Assembly (NCBI RefSeq): GCF_964188315.1 | Contig: NC_135669.1 | Location: 29,202,001 to 29,266,000, forward strand | Source: Podarcis muralis | Taxonomy: Eukaryota | DNA: 64,000 bases | Direction: 5' to 3' | Shown here: piece after piece, positions 18,732 through 30,700 of the stretch | Layout of the letters: each line of letters opens with the position of its first letter | Numbering within the stretch: the stretch's first letter is position 1 | Notes under the pieces: generated by a model | What the model saw: the letters and a program-made list of their open reading frames with translations, nothing else | The model's database searches: none | What the model was told of the DNA's origin: nothing | Made by a program: the position numbers and the translations under genes

Positions 18732-19114
18732 GCCCATTTGGCATCCCCAGTGAGTGCAGGAGGGACAGTTGCAGTGGTGGCACCACTCTGGAATCATCCA
18801 AGCATGGGACTGCCTTGGCTGAGCAGCCACAGCACAAAATAGTCACCCTGGGGGATCCCAACACCTCTTATGCATCCTCTTATGGCTTTGCTTTACCAGA
18901 GGCTGCATAAACAGCTTCTTTACGTGTTGGATGAAGTAGCAAGAAGTTCTCACCCCCTCCAGATTTAAAGTTGTCACTGCATTTCCCAAAAGACACTCAG
19001 TGGAAAGGTGGGTGATTTGGGTTGGTATGTCTGTTTCTTTCTGTGTGTGCGCGCGCATGTATATATATAAAATCCCTTTGGTGGTAAGTTTTTAGCACAT
19101 TATTGAGAGCAGCA

Positions 19115-19177
19115 AATAAAGAGACTTAAAAGCTCATCAGTGTGTGCTGGGTTTGTATTAGTCCATGGATAAATAAA
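19115..19177 (+). terminator. Candidate MED31 polyadenylation signals
   Basis: AATAAA at 19115-19120 and 19172-19177, downstream of the stop codon. Confidence 0.6.
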
Positions 19178-19840
19178 AGCCTGTGAGCTGCATCTTCCTT
19201 TTGACAAGAGCTCTCAGATCTATAAGTGATCTGTTTTAAAAAAGCATAAGCAACCCCATCTGCATTAACTGGCTAAATTCATCGCTGGAGTGCAAGGTGT
19301 AACTGTGTAAGATGTAACTGGTCAGTGAGAACCACTTCCAGCTGCCTGATACAAAATCCTCTCTTGCATTTCATACTTAATAAGCTCAGTGGGGATGTGA
19401 TGGGCTATAACTTTCTGCAGGTTTTCAGCCAAAAGTGGCATGTGATGCTTCTAAAGGCAGTGCCATTCCATAGCAATAGCTAAGCAACAGACTTTGCTGT
19501 TGGTCCACCTTGTTGATTTGAGGACACTGGCTACTTGTGAAATCAAGGAGGAGCAATTTTGTGTATTTCAATCACGTCCCTTTCAAAAACCACCTTTGTC
19601 TGAGACCTTTTGACTTAAATTTTTGTTTCCCACTTGAAGTTTCATTGTAGTTGCTGTCTCCATTTTTCCTAGCCTTACTTCTCCCCTGTTGTCTGACTTT
19701 GATTGTAAGATCCTTGAGGGCAGGGACCTGTCTTCTTGTTTATAAAAACCCTGTGTCCTTCACATTGTTAACACATCACATATCGGCTTCAGTTTGATGA
19801 TACACTATTATAGGATGGTACTCACACAATCAAAGAAAAT

Positions 19841-19846
19841 TTTATT
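19841..19846 (-). terminator. Candidate TXNDC17 polyadenylation signal
   Basis: TTTATT on + (AATAAA on -), about 130 bp after the stop codon. Confidence 0.55.
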
Positions 19847-19977
19847 TAACATAATTGGCTTGCAGGCTGCAAACTTCATTTGTCTGTATTTTAAGACATG
19901 ATTGGTCTCCTCTCAAGGAATTCTAGTCAGGTCCTCAGCTGGTAGCAGCAAACTCTTTTCATTAGAGCGGAAACAAC

Positions 19978-22616
19978 TTAGTCTTCTGTGAACAGCATCC
20001 TCACGAGGTCTGGTTTAAAGCATTCCTGTTCCACCAACTTCTGAGGCTGAAACAAACATTGTACTGTAAATGGTTAAGAAAAGCTGCAGGAGATTAAAGT
20101 CCTCCTGTAAGTAAGTATCCCTTCCTGCTTTGGCACACTGCCAGGCTTTTGAATAAGCTACACAGCTTGAATTCCACACTGACTACAAGGTTGCTTTATA
20201 TCTTTCTAAATGAGCAGCTTGGCACCTAAAGGGAAATGTGAAACATTTAATCATTGGTTAACAAGTGTGTAGCAGAGTCCAAAGCTAAGTCATGCAGGGA
20301 TCTTATTTTCCAAGTCAAATTGGCTCCAGCTACAAGTGCTGAGAGGTAATTCAGCTGTAACAAGAGACTAACTTAATGGTCTGTACTCATGTTTACTTGG
20401 GAGTCAGTCTGAATCTGGTGCTCTGAACACAGTGGGTCTTCATACTGAGTACATAAACAGGAGCGGAATCTTTTTTTAAAAAACAAAAACTGCATGGATT
20501 TGTAGACATTTGCACAGTTTTTCAGGAAGCATAAGAGCACAGCTCTAAAGAGACAGTTTTAAGAAACAAGAAAAATTGTTTGCAATACTCGAATAATCAG
20601 CACAGAGCCCTCCGACCATGTCAATGTGGATTCCAAGCCATCATTCCTCACATTTGAAAATACTTACAGTCCCATATTTGAGTAGCGTAGGCACTCCAGT
20701 TAAGTGAAGATTCTTTCTGAATTCATTGTTGGGATCTTTCCAACTGGGGGGGGGGGGAATAAAAATGGGTAATAGTTTTAAAAGGCATTAGGTTAAAAGG
20801 CATGAAGGTTTTGAGGGGGGAAATTTCATTAAGATTAATCTGTGAGGATTAATTATTTGTGACCTGGGAGGGGGGAGGAGTCTCACCTTAAAGTTTAAAT
20901 GCCCTGAGAAAAGGAGAGGTGGCCCAGGGGATATTTCCAGACTCCAAACCTTATGGTTTGGCCAGGCAGTCCAAGCGCCCCCTTCTGGCAAAGAGAGAGA
21001 TTGGGCATTCTCAGTTGTAACCACCTCCTCATTAAATGCACTCCTCAATGAAAACCAGAATAAAATATTTTCAGTGCCAATCAGACTTCTTTCTCAGGCA
21101 TTTGAAAGTTAATTTTTGTTTGCTGTTTTGGAAGACATTTCTATCTGGTTGATTTTAATAGAGATCATGTAGGGAGGGGTGTGCATGTAGCTTTTGATTA
21201 TTGCTTCTTGATGATCAAATTCCTTATGTAATTTTTCATTTTGACTAGATTTCTTTTATTGTGAGTCAGCTTGATGCTGTTTGGAGTATAATTATGACAG
21301 TGATCATAATAATTATACCTCGTTAGAGAAAGAAGTGACTTCTAAGCAAACCTGTACAAGCAAGGCTGTATTTGAACCAGGATAAATTAAGTGTCCATTC
21401 TGGTGTGAATAGGTGCAACATGGGAGGGGGCCAACATGGGTGTTTGTCTGTCCTGCTTTCTACAACAGGCATCCCTAAAAGCTGGCAGAGCTCACTTAAA
21501 GGGCCTTTGCATGAACAAAACCCAGCACTGGATTGGCTCCCTGCTCAAAATCCGTGCTCTGCATGCTCCCCAACTCGCTCCACGTTATACTTACTAAGCT
21601 CTTTCTCCTACTTGACAGTAAATGAACACTGATCCTTCTGGCAGGTGCTTGAGCTCTGCCCGCACAATGGGCTCCGCTGAAAGAAAGCAAAAGCAGCCTG
21701 CTTACCAACCCATCTGATCACGCCGGACACTCCTAACACACCCTGAAGCTACCAGCAACCCCCTCCTCTCCCTTGCATGGAGCCCAATTGGGGCTGGATC
21801 ATTCCTGTTGGGTTCACAGCATGGGGGCTTTTTGGGTAGCCATAACACTTTAGAGTGCATTAATGTGCATCAAGGGTGTTATCTCAAATCACTGCTTTAC
21901 TGCAGTGGTTCCCAAACATTTTGGGGCCATTGCCCCCCTTGGTTCCATAAATTAATCACCAGAGCCCGCTACCCAAAACATTATTCAGAACACTGGTTGG
22001 CATGACCCACGAAATAATTCAAAATGAGAAAAAAATGCACATTTGTTAAATATCCAATTAAAACTAGTTGAATTAGTTCAGCAATACTGATGAACTTGAT
22101 CCAGTGATACCAGCTTTTCAAAGCCTGATACCCATTTTCACCTCCAGCGCCCCCTGCCTCATCGCTTCCCTAGGGAAAACCCACACCTCAGGTGGTGTAA
22201 TTCTGCATGCAGCATGCAGTTTTAGACTGGTTCCCCTCCCTCCAGCCAGTAAACAGTTTAGAAATGACTTTTACGTGAATAAATAAAACGAATCTGCACA
22301 ACAGCCTAGTAAGGTCGGCCGGCGTTATTGCACCCATTTTACAGAATGGGGCGGAGGAGGAAGCCTGAAGCGCAGAGAGGGAGGGGCATGATTTGGAGCA
22401 GAGGCTGCCCCTCCCTCATGCAAACATGCAAATGTGTACATATCAGGAGGAGGAGGAGGATGCCGCACCAGTGACGCAGTCCGGGCACCAGCTGGTGCCG
22501 GTCTGCGGGTCCTTCGTGCCGCTGAAGTAAGCGAAGATCTGCCGGTCGCGGCGCTCCTGGACTGCGGCCGAGAACTCCTCGTAGCCGCTCACCGCCACCT
22601 CTTCGTAGCCTCTCAT
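19978..22616 (-). CDS. TXNDC17: Thioredoxin domain-containing protein 17 (TRP14), 124 aa; exons 22616-22469, 21676-21595, 20743-20668, 20046-19978
   Basis: Spliced translation [124 protein letters not shown]; WCPDC active site diagnostic of TRP14; exon sizes 148/82/76/69. Confidence 0.97.
21903..22160. mobile_element. hAT (Charlie-like) element remnant
   Basis: Left end CAGTGGTTCCCAAAC is typical of hAT TIRs; right end not resolved. Confidence 0.45.
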
Positions 22617-23300
22617 GGCGGACCGACACGCGCGGAGTCCGGCAGGGGAAAGCAGACCCGGAAGGCGAAAGTAGACCAGGAAGGCTCCGCCCACCGAGGG
22701 GCGCGGTCACGACGGCGGCCGCGCGGGGACATGCGAGCAGGTCCTCCTTTCCCTTGCACTCGGGAATGTCTCTCGTCGGCCGCCGTACTTCCCCAGCCGT
22801 TTCCCGGCGGCCTTCGCGGCGCGCGGTTCCCAGGGAAACCATGGAGAGAAGAGGGAAGCGGCGTCGGCCATAGCGCGGTTTCTCTTCGGCCGCCCGGCGG
22901 TGGCGGCGGCATTACTGCTGGTGGGGTCTGCCTCGGCCTCCTCCGAGGGGGGCGGGGGCGAGGAAGGCAGGCCGGGCCCGACACCTCGCCACCCCACCCA
23001 TTGGTCGCAGGGCTCCCTGGTACGTGCGAAGGAGGTCGGGGAGGGAGAGAGATAGACTGCTCCTGCGCATGGAGACTTCCTCCGCTTTCCTCAGCCGGCC
23101 AGTTTGTGCTGTTTCGCCCGGTTGACCCAGTGGGGTGTGTTGCATCTGCTTGCGCTTTCCGTCTAGCACAATGGTGCTAGCGGCTGGGCCTCATGTCCTG
23201 CGCACCCGCCACCTCACCAGCTGTCCGTCGTCAAGAGACACAAAGAGTTTGCAGCGACCCTGTGGGTGGGAGGCCGGGCGACGGCAGAGGGCCTGGCCTG
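22430..23300. promoter_or_regulatory. CpG-island bidirectional promoter, TXNDC17 (-) / KIAA0753 (+)
   Basis: Very CpG-rich; X-box-like GTTCCCAGGGAAAC 22826-22839; ETS-type CCGGAAG; GC boxes; candidate KIAA0753 non-coding exon-1 donors near 22921 and 23020 (not resolved). Confidence 0.8.
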
Positions 23301-24708
23301 GCCTCTTCCAGCTCCCCAGTTTCGTGGGACCTCGGAGGCTCTCAAGGGAAGCAGCCCATGTGCAGCCAGTAGTCCAGGTCAAGCAGGGAGCTCCCAGTTC
23401 CCCGGGCAACTACAAGAGGCTGTGTCTTTTTAGGGGGAAGGAGTCAACCGAACACTCCTATGTAGTCCAACCAGCATGGGATACGGTAGGGGCCACTTTG
23501 CCTCCATATAGAGGGGCTGGCTGCCTTTGCGTTTATTTTGTAGCCAGCAGCTTCTGATAAGCTGGGGAGACAGTGGCCAGGCTCTGCCTTCTGCCCAGGA
23601 GGGCCCAGAAGAAAGTACTGGCTGTCCTCCCGCCCCACGCAGAGAGGAAGCAGCCTGTTGCTTGTGTCCATTTGAGCCCTCTGCCGTGCACTGTGAGGTT
23701 GTGGGACATGGATACCAGCTTCTTCTTAAAGTAGCCCTTCCACAGATCTGGTAACTGAGCAGGCACAAATGCCAGGAGGCAGGGCAGGAGGAGCTGCAGG
23801 CCACCTGCACCTTCTTTCTCATGGAATTGTATAGAAGGAATCTTTATGGGTGCCCTCTGCAATGTTGCTTTCTCTTCCTACTTCTCTTCTTCTTAATGGC
23901 TATACAAAGTGCAGGAGGCAGCCTTCCTCTTGAACACTAGACCCTGGAGCCAAGGTGTGCAACAGGAGAAGTTGTGCCTTCATGATTTCCTTGTTGCAGG
24001 CTTTTCCAGGGACCCCTAGTTGCTGTTTGGGCTCAGCAACTTTGTACCTGGTCAGCCCTTATTTCCATTTCTCCTTTGAGCATTTTATGTGCCGAGGCAG
24101 CATTTTGGGAGAGTAGGTTGTGCATCTGGGCAGGCTTAGGAAATTTGTATCTTCTTTTGCCTGAAAAGTGAACAGTAAGCGAATAGTATTGAGAAAAGTT
24201 AGCATATGCTGGTGGCAGTTCTTCCCCCTCCATTTTCATTTTCAAATTTAATTGAGTTAGCAAAATAAGTGCAGGCATAATAGAAAGAGAACTAATAATC
24301 TAACTGATTTAAACCATAAAGTGTCACAGCCTGGGAGGAAAAAAGTACAAAGATATAGCACAGCTCCAAAGAGGAAGTAAAGTACAAACTCATTTTACTT
24401 CATTTTTGTAAATCTTTACTATTTGTATTCTCCATCTGTGAGTTCCATTGTTATTGAGAATAAAGGTTTTATTTAGTCTTAAATGAGATAGTTGTATATG
24501 TTGATGGCACTGAGTGGTCATGTGCCTTAATATTTGTATAACAAAACCATGTCATATATAAAAAAAGATCATTTGAGCTCCGCCCTTTAGATATTTATCG
24601 TTTATGAGATATAATGCATTCTGGTGTCAGTTCTTATATTTCCATTTCCTCTCAGTATTTCAGCAGTACCCTCATAGATGACTAGAGAGCACTGCTCTGT
24701 CGGGTGTG

Positions 24709-27700
24709 ATGGGGCCGAGGAAGCCAGCAGCGGTCGGCGTTCCTTCAGTATCTCACTTACAGCCAGACAAAAGTGATGGAAGAGCCCCTCAGAATACGAT
24801 GCAGGTACTGGGCGATGCCTTTGCTTTGTGGTTCGGGTGCCAACCTGCCAGGTCTCTTTGGCCTAACTAGTTGGGCATGTTGCTTTTGCGATATGTTTAT
24901 AAAACTTATACACCACTTGATTGTAAACAGCCTCAAAATAGTTTGCAACGAAGATAAAACACTAGAATTATCACAAAGAAAAATTAGCAACAATAAGACA
25001 TTCAAAAAGTTAAAAGAATGATATATTTTTAAAAAGTGGGTGATGGGCCCAAAACTTGTACCTTTGCCCCCATGCTGACACTTGCTGTTTAATGTTTGGC
25101 ACAGCTCCAGTTCAGTCGGGATGCTCCTGCCCTGCCAGAGAACTTGGCTGTCCGCTACAGCAACCCTCGCCCAATCATCATAGAGAAGCTTGCGCAGCCA
25201 GAGGCTAGACGGGATCCAGGAGCTGGCGATGGGCTCAGCTCACAGGGCTCCATGGCATTTTCCATTGTCTCTGAAGAGAAGCTCAACTTAGCCGTGCAGC
25301 TGGCCAGGAGGGACATGAAGCGACGGCACCTGGAGGAGCAGGTGAGGCAGCACTTCTCCAAGGGGGAGAAGGGCCCTCTGGCCACCTCCCTTCAGGGAAA
25401 GAAGTCTGGCAGTGTAGTCGCGAAGTCTCACCTGAATTTTGGACGTCAGCCGGGCCGCTGCCCCAAGGTGGAGACTACCAGCTCTGGAGCCAAGGTCTAT
25501 CTCTACACACCCTCCCGGGTGAAGTCGGACCCTTCTCTCTCTGACTCGCCCCCCACCCGTGATCCGGGCCCCGGGCCTCCCCCAGCCTTCAAGAGGGAGG
25601 AAGACAGAAGCACCCTAGAGGTCAGGCGGCTGCAGAAGGAGCTTCAGAACTACATCCAGAAGATTGACGAACTGGTGAGGAGAGGTGAGAGAACTTCATG
25701 GAGGAAAGGGCTCTCAACACCTGCTAGCCATGATGATTGTGCTAAGCCTCCATGATCGGAGGCAGCAATGCTTTTGAATGAGAGGAGACCCTCCCCAGAG
25801 TTTGGAGGATGTACCCTTTGGGCTCCAGGGAAGGTCTCCTCATGAGCTGGAGGGGTAATGGAATGCTTCCCATTTATGTAGGGATTACGTTCTGGCTCCC
25901 TGCGCACAAAAGTTAAATTTGCGGAGTCGCTTGTAGTGGTTAAAGTGTCAGACTGTGACCTGGGAAACCAGGGTACAAATCTCCCTATATGGCTTGGGCC
26001 AGTCAGTATCTCTCAGCCTAATCTGCCTTGCCGGGTTGTTGTGAGGAGGAGAACCATGCACCACCACCTTAAGGTCATTGGAGGAAAAGGTGGTATATAA
26101 ATGTAATAAATAAATAGCAACATAGCAACAAATTTGGACAGCTCCTTTCACATTTCCTCCTGGGGAAGCAGCTCAGAGTTGCCGCCTTGAGCTGAGTTTT
26201 AGCTTTTTGCCTTGGGCGAGGGGAAAGTGCCATTGGGACATTTTCTGGAAGTGGAGCTGTTTCCAGGCAGCCTTGTGTCCAACTGGGAGGAAGGTGTCTC
26301 TCATCACCCTTCCCTCTCGACTGGGGGTTTTGTGCCAGCCTTTTCTGCTTTCTTCTCCAAAATTTCCACACCTGTCCCCCTCATTTGTGTTTGCTAAACA
26401 TTCCCCCCCCCCCTCAGAGAGAAGTGAGGAAATTTTGGATCCTGATGAAGAGCGCCGAGTCCAGATCCGGAGGCAGGAGCAGGCCGTGCGCTCTGCCCGG
26501 ATGCTGTATGTGCTCCAGCAACAGGTCAGAACGAGCCCCAGGGGACAGCATGCTGGTAGCTGCGGGGCCTGTAGAGCTGGGTGGGGCGGCCTGGATTTCA
26601 GCTCTGCCTACCTTGGGCAGAAACTTCTCTGGATGTCAGAACTTCTCACCTGAACCAGCAAACCAAGCACTTTGAATTCAAGTTTCCTCATGATTTTTCT
26701 ACCTAATTTGTTTGCAACGTTCTTGAAACAGGTAAAAGAAATAGAGGACGACCTGGAGAAGCTGAGCCCTCGTAAAATAAAGCACACAAAGAAGGTAAGA
26801 GATGGAAATTGCCCTGGAGAGTCTGTGGGAAGATCAATGATGCAGGCCAGGCTGGAGCCTCCTCAAAAGCGTTGTGGCAGATTTCTTCTGTAACCACCTC
26901 ACTTTTAAAAGAATTTTATTATCAACAGAAAAGAGACAAAGAATAAAAATGATGTGCTTAATAGAAGAAAATCTATGATCCTATTCAGCTAGGGATAGAC
27001 TTCCCCTCTGGTACTACCTTCTGCTTCTGGTGTTGCCGTGAAGCTCTTGCATCCTTGGCTTTTCTCCTTGACCAGAAATTACAAAATTGGAAGGGACCCC
27101 AATGGTTATCTATTCCAACCAGGAATAGATAAAGAATCCCTGACAGATGGCTTCCTCATCTCTCTTTAAAAACCTTCAACAAAGGAGAATCTACTACCTT
27201 CCAAGGGCGATCTTTCCACTGTCAAACAGCTCTTACCATCAGGAAGTTCTTCCTAATGTTTAGTTGGACTCTCCTTTCTTGTCATTCAAATGCATTGGTT
27301 GCTGGTCTCCCCTCTGGAGCAGCAGAAAATAAGCCAGCCTTTCCAGTTTTGGAGAAGAGCCCTGGCTCAGAGCAGCCCTCTCCTCATGGCTGCCCAGCTA
27401 ACTTCAGTTCTTTCTCACCCTCCCTCCCTTTGTGATGCAGTCACGTGCCATGGCCAGGCTGGCAGCAGCCCACCGGGGAGCCGTCCGGGCCCTGCAGGTC
27501 TTTGCCTCCCGTTTTGCTGACCAGCCGGAGGAGCAGCCAGTGCCAGCCCACTGCAAAGAGCTGGGCCACCTCATCCGGCAGCTCTCCCTCTGCTCCGCCC
27601 GCCTCGAGACTGACTCCTCCTCCCTTCCCGACAGAGTCGTTGACCTCTTGCTGCAGATCGAGGTCAGGTGTCATTGCTCCTTTGGTTGGGGGGGGCATTT

Positions 27701-30700
27701 GCGGCTGAGGAGGGGGAGATGAAGAGCTCTGCCTCCCATGGGGAAATCCAGCCCCCCACAAATCAGTCCGGGGCCAGTGGAAGGAGGGCATCACTTCATG
27801 GCCTCCAGGTTTGGGATACAAGGACAGAGCAGCCACCATGCCTATTTTAACCTGCTCTTTTGTGGCTATGCAAAGAACTGAGATCACCTCCTAGCAGCCT
27901 GTTTTGAAAGGATGTTTGCTACAGCCTTTGTTTTTTAAACAGCAGTTGTAAAAATGTCACTTAACAACTAAGGACTGGGTGACCCTGCCCAGTAATTCAG
28001 CTCCTCAGATGGGGCACTGCTGAGAGGTGCATCACTTTGCATGCTCCAGAGTTGCACTTGGAATGGACTTGGAACTGGGCTTTTAGTGTTGTAGTCCCAG
28101 CTCTCTGAAATCGGTTACCAGCTGAAGTTAGAAGGGTTGCCGCTCAGTGGTAGAGCAGCTGTTTCGCCTGCAGAAGGTCCTAGTTTCAATCCCCAATGAC
28201 ATCTCCAGGTGGGGCTGGGAGTGCATTTGTCTCTGAAACCCTGGAGGAGCTTTGCTGCCGGTCAGTGTTGGCAGTACTGAGCTAGATGGGCCATTGATCT
28301 GACTCCGTGTAAGGCAGCTTACTCCGTTCCTAGATGAGTATCTGATATTTAGGCAGCTGTTGGAGGCATTTTCATCAAGTGAATAACTTGCAAGGACTTA
28401 ACTAAAGTTCTCTTAAGGCTGAATACTAGAGCAAGCTTGAGTGCAGGATTGCTTGGCAAGCCCTGTGGCTTGTTTAGGGGCTTTCTGTTTGGAGGCAGAT
28501 CACGAGAGGGTGTGCCTGAGCTTTTCAATGAGCCCATTTTGTATGTTTAATCTGAGGTGCAAATTGTCATTGCAGGATTTGGATTCTCTGTTGTCCAAGA
28601 AGGAGTCGCCCAAGAAAGGGGGGCCGAAAGGGAGTCTCTCTACGTCTCAAGCTGCCTCTGTGATGGACACGGACCAATGGCTGAAGAGAGAGAAGAAAGC
28701 TGCTGCCTCAGAGCCGAGAAAGCCGCCAGTGGCCAGGAGGCTCCTTCCTGGTGGGTCTTCTGGTTGTTGAGTCTGAAGAGGCTTGGTTGCTTTGCCTGTT
28801 TGCACATGTTTGAGCCGTGATCTCCCCTGCAGAGGCCTTGTTTTGCCCATCTGGGCATTTCCCCCCATAATTATTGTGGGCAGAGGTGCAGTGAGGGATT
28901 CCCAAGCGAGCCCAACCTTGTGGTGTTGTGACTGATGGTTTGTGGACCGTGATCCCGCTGTGGTGTATAGAATGGGGAAGCTGACTGCGGAGGGAGGTTT
29001 GCAAAAAGAAATACATTTTTCTATGAAGAGAGCAGTGGTTTCCAAAGTTGACAGTAGCACCCCCTGGAGGTGGGATTCCCTAGGAGGGCACTAAGAGGCA
29101 AGGCGGCAGCAGGGGGCGGTGCTGGAACTGACAGTGACTACCAGACTATGAAAAGCTCGTAGAATTGTAGAGTTGGAAGGGATCTTGGGGGTCATCTAGT
29201 CCAACTGCCTGCTATGCAGGAATCTCAGGCATCCATGACAGATGGCCATCCAACCTCTGCTTAAAAGCCTCCAGTGAAGGAGAATCCAAGGGAGCCCATT
29301 CCACTGTTGAACAACTCCTACTGACAGAAAGTTATTCCTCATGTTGAGTTAGAATTGCCTTTCCTGCCATTTGATTGCCATCGGTTTGGGTCCTCCCCTC
29401 TGGAGCAGCAGAAAACAAGCTTGCTCCATCTCCCACGTGACAGCCCTTCAGATATGTGAAGATGGCTATCATATCATTTCTCAGTCTCCTCACTGGATCA
29501 AGTTCAGCAATCTTGCTGCATTTAAAATGATTTTGTTTAATTAATTCATTTTGAAAACACGTGCAATTAATTGTTATTGTTTTGAATTTTAATGCGTTAT
29601 TACCTTTCTTAGTGAGTCATGCAGATCATTAATCTGAATCATGCTTTTTATAGGTTAGGGTGCGCTGGGGATGAATTTAAGGAACTAAGAGGAGGTGGGG
29701 TGGCTCAGGAGAGAGAAACCAGCAAAATGCGCCCCATAGATTTTGCTGCCTGTCCATGGCATTCAGCCTTTGGGGGCTGCCCCTGAGAGCTTCCAGTTCC
29801 TATGCTCAAGCAGCCTTGTCATCCTTGCTTTTAGATGAACATGAAGGACCAGATGGGCTTCTGGTGCCTCACAATCGAAGCAGTCCCTGCGACATGGCAG
29901 CCCTGGAGGGCCTGCCCCTTCCGGAGAGAGAGGTGGTGGGGCAGGCCAAGTGGGAGGCACTGGGGCATGTGAAGACCAGGCCTGGCCCTGAGGTGGGGAG
30001 GCCCCCCCGGAAGAGAGGTGTGCTCCTCCCCCCCAGACCGCAGGTAGGCAGACGTATAATCATCCGCCCTGTCTCTTGGCTTAATTTTGGGTGCTGCCAG
30101 ACACTGCCTCTGCCATGCTGTCACGTCTTGGCCTTCACTTCTCCAGAATTACAGTGGTTGAGGTGAAAGGCGTGCCATGTTTTGAAGAAGAGCTGCTTGA
30201 GTTGTCTGGAAATACATGTTTTTTTCTTACTGTTATTTATTTCTCCCAAGGGAAACAGGCCCCCTACCAGGGCAAAAAGTGTGCAGCTTCATCAGGCCAA
30301 GCAGGCCCGCTTCCAGGAGCCCACCATCGCCTTCCGGCTCAAGGAGACAAAGCCACCCACCCGCGATAGCCGGGTCCCCTGGGTGCCTCCCAGCCTCTCC
30401 TCCCCCCTGGCCTCACCTCAGAGGTAGGTTAGCATCTCTGCTGAGGCAGCGGTGTGGGATGGAGTCGGCCAGGTTACCTGAGCAGGGAGCAGCACACAGC
30501 AGCTCCTTCTGTACCTGCTGGGATGTGTGAAGAGACTTTGCCCCACATCCAGGCCATCTGGGTCCATCTAGCTCAGCCTCATCTGCATTACCTGGCAGCA
30601 GGGGCTGTCCACGGTTCCTGGCAGGGGTCTCTCTCCAAAAGTCATACCTTGGAGATGCTGGTGGGGATTGAACCTGATACCATCTGCATACAATGTGTAG

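Noticed and set aside
20975-20988. CTCF-like motif (rc CCAGAAGGGGGCGC) in TXNDC17 intron 2; another at about 29106 in a hAT remnant
   Set aside because: One mismatch to the core consensus and no independent support; cannot be distinguished from chance.
22434-23180. 248-aa plus-strand ORF across the TXNDC17/KIAA0753 promoter
   Set aside because: Low-complexity Gly/Arg/Ala/Pro ORF typical of stop-poor CpG islands, antisense to TXNDC17 exon 1.
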